This document shows, piece by piece, positions 34,822-40,267 of a stretch of 40,267 bases of DNA (within the stretch, counting starts at the first letter, position 1; each line of letters starts with the position of its first letter). Position numbers and translations under genes: made by a program. Under the pieces are notes generated by a model. The model searched no databases. It was not told the DNA's origin and saw only the letters and a list, made by a program, of their open reading frames with translations. Source of the stretch: Nemertoderma westbladi (lineage: Eukaryota; Animalia; Xenacoelomorpha); NCBI GenBank assembly GCA_032718475.1, contig JAUCBJ010001749.1, positions 1-40,267 of the forward strand, given 5' to 3'.

Positions 34822-36447
34822 GACGGAACCATATTTGTGCCTGCCTATTGACATGACATTGACATTGGTTTTTTTTCACACCTTTCAAGTACAACATTGT
34901 GGACAATCCATCTAAGTGGGGCGTAATGCGGAGCAGAAGAGGAAATGCAGGACACAAGTTAGTTTTTCGAAACTGTGCGGCGATGTCCAGTTACTTGAGT
35001 CATGTCTCATCGAAATACGTGACAATGTATGTGCGCTCAGATGGGCGATGGGCTATTCTTTTGAATATCAAAGGGCTATTCTATGCTACCGTGTGAGGTA
35101 AGAATGCCAGTGCTAGCAACTTCATTATGATACGATATTCTACAGAGGATTTATAGAGTGCAGTGCAACCATTGTCCTTATCCTTAACCCAACAATTAGC
35201 AATATTCAGACTGACATAAATCAAAGAATTATGAAAGAAGTGTAACATATACTGTAAGGAATAAGGAATATTTATTTTATTTAAGGAATGTGCAGATTTT
35301 GGAATACAATTGTATTCCTAAATAAGAAACCCAGGTCAAAAAGTTCTTATTTAAGGACTTTTAGTATTTATGTGTACAATTTCGATATCTTAAATAAGGT
35401 TAATTTAAAAAATTCATCTTATTTAGGAACTGGTCGTATTTTTGATGCAATTGTAAAACGCTTGTAGAAAAAAAACAGGACGGTGAAAGGTTTTCTGGTT
35501 TTTTGCATTATGTTCAAGAAAGACCCAACTTTTATATTGTGAAATAAAATTATGCGGTATTTTTACCTGAAACAAGTTCTTGCATATTATTATGTCGAAA
35601 AAATATCCAAAAAAGGCCCAAAAACCCCTAAATAAGAGCCATTTTCCTTAAATAAGAACCCACTTTTGGAGCTTATTTAAGGGTATGTTCCCTACTGTAG
35701 GGGGAACCAAAACAATAAACGAAAGTTTACACATACAGACATATGTTACAAGATTATGCAGGTTACTTTTATTTAAAGGCTGAAAGGAGCAGGTTACAGA
35801 GGCATGCAGCATGTTGGGGGAACCAAAACAATATACTGATATACGAAAGTTAACACATGTTACAAGATGCAAGATTATGCTGTTATGCAGGTTTCTTAAT
35901 TGGGTCTTGGGTCTTTGTTTTGTACTCACCAACACCAAACTGTTCCTTCCTGTAATTATACAGTTATACGAAGCATTTCATTGGTTAACTCCTGAAATCA
36001 AAACACAACTGAAATAAATGCATGTTACATTCGAGCTTAGTAATTTGTAGATCGAATGTAACATAGTTATAGGATCCAATGTAACATAATTGAGGTTACG
36101 TTCGATTCGTAAAAACTATGTTACATTCGATCCTGATTACGTTCGGTCTGTCACCCCTGCTGTACTGCCCTGCAGCCCTCAGTCCCTTCCTGCTGCCTGC
36201 TGTCCTGTCCTGCCTTCTGTCCTGTACTGTGCGTTTCGGACTTTCAAGTTTCAGACAGTCAGAGTTTGTACGGGATGACGGTGGACGGGTCTGCGGGTAG
36301 AAGGGATAAGTTTATCAGTTTATTCTCGAAGCTAATTCAGTAAATTTGCTTTCATTTTTATTTATATGCTAGGCCAGTCTGCCAATCAGCCAATACAGCA
36401 ATAGGCCTACCCCAGCGCCTATGACAGTAGAGTGGAGAGTGCTGGAG

Positions 36448-36927
36448 GGGTCCTACGAATTACCCCAAAATACCCCAAAACACCCCAAAATACCCCAAAA
36501 TACCCCAAAATAGTCAAATATTACCCCAAAATACCCCAAAAAGGCTAAAAAATTACCCCAAAATACCCCAAAATAAGCTAACCATGTTTTTTAACAGCGA
36601 GGGAAAGGAGCAGGTTACAGTGGCAAGTTTTTTTAACCAAAACAATAAACGAGAGTGAAGAAAAAATTTTTAATTATTTTGGGGTAATTCGTCATTATTT
36701 TGGGGTAATTCGTCATTTTGCCATATTTTGGGGTAAATTAAATTTCGAAAACAAAGGGTGAAAAAAAAGTATTTTGGGGTAATTCTAAACTATTTTGGGG
36801 TATTTTGGGGTAATTCTAAACTATTTTGGGGTATTTTGGGGTAGTTTTATACTATTTTGGGGTCTTTTGGGGTGTTTTGGGGTATTTTGGGGTGTTTTGG
36901 GGTATTTTGGGGTAATTCGTAGGACCG
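36448..36927. mobile_element. MITE with TACCCCAAAA arrays and 8(-9)-bp TSD
   Basis: GGTCCTACGAATTACCCCAAAATACCCC inverted at both ends. TGCTGGAG at 36440-36447 and 36928-36935. Confidence 0.9.
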
Positions 36928-37180
36928 TGCTGGAGTGGCAATTAGGCCTATACCTCTCTGCCTATACCGGTACCTGTAAATGTAATTCGTAATTGACAAT
37001 TCCTTATTCGGTTAGTATTTTCTTGGCATTTATCAGTTTATATCATCATTATATAACTAGAACCAGATCAGCGGAGCTGGAGAGTTACCGGTAATTCAGT
37101 ACGGTAATTGTTATTAAATTAAACGAACTTGCAGTTGTCTACAGAATGTAAAAGGCTGAAAGGTAAATTCGTTGCACAAA

Positions 37181-40100
37181 ATGACTTCAAGGAAAGTAAC
37201 TGGCAATGGCCCCCATCGAAAAATTACCGTGGAGGATTTACCCGAGTATTCCCAGGTCCAACAAATCAAAGATAAGAAGAAAAGTGTCTTCGAAAGATTG
37301 GGAAATAACGACGACGAACAAGAGTCTCTCGCAAAACAGCCACGGCGTCTGGTTTTGACTTCATCCGATTCCCTTTCAACAACAATTGGTGTCGAAGCCG
37401 ACCATTGTAAAACCTGGATGGAAAATGCTTACTGCGAGAAGGGGTCCGCCTGCGAACACAAACACGACATCAAGAAACGAGGCATCTACCAGTCCACCAG
37501 CAGTAGAAAGTTGGCCAACTTTGATATTGAAGATGGTGAGATAGTTCCTAAGAGTACCTTACGATCTATGGTTGCCGCTGTTGGAGGTTCCCATAAAATA
37601 CTTGGCATTACTCCAAAGAAAGACAAAGAAAAGAAACGAAAGAAGAAGGAAAGGTTATTAAAGAAAATCCAGGAGGATTCTATAGATACTACTGATGAGG
37701 ATTTGATTATTAAAGTTAAACATAAATCTAAATTGTATTCCGAGAGCAATGATGACGAGACGTTCGATCCCATTGCATTGGATAATAAAAAGGAACTTGA
37801 ATTAGAAATTAAGAGGCAACAGTTGCAGAAAGAGTTGGACAAAATGAAGGAAAGCGAACGAGATGAACTGCGTAAATCAAAGAAACCTCATAAACCACGA
37901 GCTCGGACCGCTTCAACCAGTTCTAATGATTTGTTTGAAATGAGTCCTGTGATGCAGGGCAAAGGAATGCGCCCCCCTAGCCCAATGGCTGCTGTGGTAA
38001 ATCCGCGAAAAATAATTCGCAATAAATCCGAACATTTATTAAATGAGGCGCACGTTAAAACGCATAGACCCGTAATTGGTCGTCTGTCGCCACCAGCAAG
38101 CAAAAATATTAAATCGTGGAAAAGTTCAAGGGATTCAAAATCTTCATCGGAAAGGCAAAGAAATATATCCGCTGAGTTCGTGAGGGAGGGGTCAGACGAT
38201 CATCTGGATATTGTTCCAGTCCGAACTGATAAGAGACTCTCTGGTGAGAGAAAATCCTTCGTTATGAATGAGGTTAAGTACCCTGGGAAGGACAGACAGA
38301 GTACTCGGGATGGGTACGAGTTGAAAACAGACCGTTCCGAGCGGAAACAAACAACTGATAACGGATACCGGAGGAAATCGGGTGAGCCGGACAGATACCA
38401 CCGTCGTAAGGACAGTGCTGAACACGATGCTTACGGGCATAAAGTATCGGAGCGGGATCGATTCGCATGGAAACAGCCGGAGCTAGACTTCCGACAAAAG
38501 TCGGAGGAAAAGGACAATTATAGAATGAAACTGGAAGGAACTGACAGACGGATTCGTAAACATTCGAATGACGTGTATGATGGTAAGAAAGGGGAGCGGG
38601 ATGGTTACGGGAAGGCAGACTCGGATGGATACAGACGGAAAACCGACGAGTTTGGAGACGGGCCGCACTTCTCAGAGGAGGGCGGGAAACGGACGGATTC
38701 CAGGGACTCCAAAGGGCGGAAGAAGTTTGAGATGAAAGTTACGGAAGATAAGCGGAGAAGGAATTCGGGCGGGGAGCGGAATTACACGGAGGATAAATTC
38801 TCGGAACCACGAGGCAACCGTTACGAAACGAAAATCAGAAAGTACCCCGACACGGAGAGGGAGGGTAAAGGGAGACGGGAGCGGGGGTCTAAGTCGCCGG
38901 GGAAGCATTCCGGGGGGAAACGCCGGTCCCGTCGGTTCTCTTTTACCGCGGAGGATGTTGAGGATATCTGCGGGGACTTCCGGGACGAATTCTCATCGGA
39001 AAAGGGTTCGCGGAGCAAAGCCGGAACCGCCAAGTACTACGAGACCGGCGCGAAGAAGAGACAGACCGGGGACTGGGCTGAGGAGGAGCCGGTTGGGAAG
39101 AAGAGGAAACCGTCGCCGGAAGGTCGAGACTCCAAGAAGTACGGAGGGAGGACTCCACCTCCGGATAAACGGCACGGGAGGAGTCCGGCGCGGCTGAGCG
39201 TCGAGTCCTACAGGAAAGAGAAGCAGTCCGGAAAACTACGGGAGCTTCCGAAGGAGCGGGCCAACGAGGATAAACCTCGAGGGAGGAGGTATGAGGAGGA
39301 ATCCCGAGTGTTCTACCGGGAACCGGAGGAGTTCCCGCCTCCGAGAAGGGAGGAGGCTTATCCTCGGAGTCTTTCCCCGACGCGGTTCTGCCATCCAGAT
39401 CGCCGTGAGTTCATCACCACATCCCGCGAGTTTGCCTTCCCGTCGCCTCGTCGGACTCCTCCGCCTCCGTTGTTCCCGGATGAGTTCGCGGGTCGTTTCC
39501 CGGGCGGTGGACGCTCCCCGCCCCTCTTACTCCCCTTCCCCGAGGACATGGACCCGATTCTACAGCTGCGCGGCGGTGTTGGAAATCCTGAGTTCCTCGA
39601 GGACCGATGGCGAGAGTGTTTCGAGCACTACCAACGGGAGGACAGCGGTTACGCTGACAACTGGTACAGGGACAGGGTCAGTCGGGGGGAATACTTCCCT
39701 CCCGTGGAGAATCATATGGGGAGGAACTTCCAGTCGTTCGGTGGTGGTGGTGGCAGTGGTAGTGGCGGTAGGGAGAGGCGCCACGATGGGGCTCCCTGGA
39801 GGCCAGCCGGTAGGTCACAGAAGAGTAACCAATCAGAAAGCATGAAGACTAAAAATGATGGCCAATCAGGAAGCTTCAGGACTAAAAACGAGGGCAAATC
39901 AGATAGTTTCAGAACTAAAAATGATGGCCAATCAGATAGTTTCAGAACTAAAAATGATGGCCAATCAGATAGTTTCAGGACTAGAAATGATAGCCAATCA
40001 GATAGTTTCAGGACTAAAAATGATGGCCAATCAGATAGTTTCAGGACTAAAAATGATGGCCAATCAGAAACTTTCAGGACTAAAAACGATGGCCAATCAG

Positions 40101-40267
40101 AGAGCAACAGAACTAAAAACGGTGGCCAAACAGGTAACTTCAGAAGTAAAAATGAGTCTCAATCGGGAGGATTTAGGACTAAGAGCGAATCTGATACTGG
40201 GCGAGGGAAAGATTTGGCGAAATCTCGGTCTGATAGGAATCACTCCGACTACTCAGAGAGTTCCCGC
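37181..40267 (+). CDS. ZC3H13: ZC3H13-like CCCH zinc-finger protein (m6A writer complex adaptor), 3' end outside the window
   Basis: MTSRK..RKITVE..SVFERLG, a C-x8-C-x5-C-x3-H finger (37406-37465) and ELELEIKRQQLQKEL, then R/E/D/S-rich low complexity. This motif order matches remembered ZC3H13. The frame is consistent at 37181, 37406 and 39842 and runs off the window (1029 codons). Confidence 0.85.
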   Translation, partial: MTSRKVTGNGPHRKITVEDLPEYSQVQQIKDKKKSVFERLGNNDDEQESLAKQPRRLVLTSSDSLSTTIGVEADHCKTWMENAYCEKGSACEHKHDIKKRGIYQSTSSRKLANFDIEDGEIVPKSTLRSMVAAVGGSHKILGITPKKDKEKKRKKKERLLKKIQEDSIDTTDEDLIIKVKHKSKLYSESNDDETFDPIALDNKKELELEIKRQQLQKELDKMKESERDELRKSKKPHKPRARTASTSSNDLFEMSPVMQGKGMRPPSPMAAVVNPRKIIRNKSEHLLNEAHVKTHRPVIGRLSPPASKNIKSWKSSRDSKSSSERQRNISAEFVREGSDDHLDIVPVRTDKRLSGERKSFVMNEVKYPGKDRQSTRDGYELKTDRSERKQTTDNGYRRKSGEPDRYHRRKDSAEHDAYGHKVSERDRFAWKQPELDFRQKSEEKDNYRMKLEGTDRRIRKHSNDVYDGKKGERDGYGKADSDGYRRKTDEFGDGPHFSEEGGKRTDSRDSKGRKKFEMKVTEDKRRRNSGGERNYTEDKFSEPRGNRYETKIRKYPDTEREGKGRRERGSKSPGKHSGGKRRSRRFSFTAEDVEDICGDFRDEFSSEKGSRSKAGTAKYYETGAKKRQTGDWAEEEPVGKKRKPSPEGRDSKKYGGRTPPPDKRHGRSPARLSVESYRKEKQSGKLRELPKERANEDKPRGRRYEEESRVFYREPEEFPPPRREEAYPRSLSPTRFCHPDRREFITTSREFAFPSPRRTPPPPLFPDEFAGRFPGGGRSPPLLLPFPEDMDPILQLRGGVGNPEFLEDRWRECFEHYQREDSGYADNWYRDRVSRGEYFPPVENHMGRNFQSFGGGGGSGSGGRERRHDGAPWRPAGRSQKSNQSESMKTKNDGQSGSFRTKNEGKSDSFRTKNDGQSDSFRTKNDGQSDSFRTRNDSQSDSFRTKNDGQSDSFRTKNDGQSETFRTKNDGQSESNRTKNGGQTGNFRSKNESQSGGFRTKSESDTGRGKDLAKSRSDRNHSDYSESSR
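39828..40190 (+). repeat. Coding 33-bp repeat, about 11 copies (QSDSFRTKNDG)
   Basis: CAATCAGATAGTTTCAG(A/G)ACTAAAAATGATGGC, in frame with the ZC3H13-like ORF. Confidence 0.93.

Larger units (their letters stand above)
31642..35697. mobile_element. TIR element with CAGTAGGG ends and 5-bp TSD (unclassified)
   Basis: About 400-bp TIRs with CTTAAATAAG/CTTATTTAAG repeats. TAGGG at 31637-31641 and 35698-35702. Confidence 0.92.
31440..36148. mobile_element. MITE (about 650 bp) split by a 4-kb insertion
   Basis: About 130-bp inverted arms with ATGTTACATTCGA repeats (31440-31573 versus 36022-36148). TSD not resolved. Confidence 0.85.

Noticed and set aside
37486-40107. Many minus-strand and alternative-frame ORFs
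   Set aside because: Shadows of the long ZC3H13-like frame.
39828-40110. Array of CCAAT (NF-Y) boxes
   Set aside because: Explained by the Gly-Gln-Ser codons of the coding repeat.

Overview
AT-rich eukaryotic (animal, probably invertebrate bilaterian) genomic DNA, not prokaryotic. Four host coding regions are visible. (1) A probable terminal exon of an unidentified gene (7-536). (2) A two-exon HOPX-family homeobox gene with an unusually long N-terminal extension (4807-5922 + 6598-6684). (3) An intronless single-domain rhodanese (14587-13997, minus strand). (4) The 5' 3.1 kb of a ZC3H13-like gene (37181 to window end), which the ORF track misses because no stop codon is reached. Most of the rest is nested mobile DNA: a tRNA-derived SINE, two decayed IS3EU-like integrase transposons, Mutator-type elements with 8-9 bp TSDs, a hAT-like element, Helitron/HINE-like pieces, a probable LTR, MITEs and satellites. 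The most striking signal is a self-consistent cut-and-paste system. Three unrelated intact elements have CAGT...ACTG ends and 5-bp target-site duplications, and dozens of NNNNN-CAG/CTG-NNNNN scars match their predicted excision footprint. The scars cluster upstream of the host genes, and two can be shown to be insertions by comparing the arms of one inverted repeat. All coordinates were read by eye and all family assignments rest on remembered motifs, not database searches.
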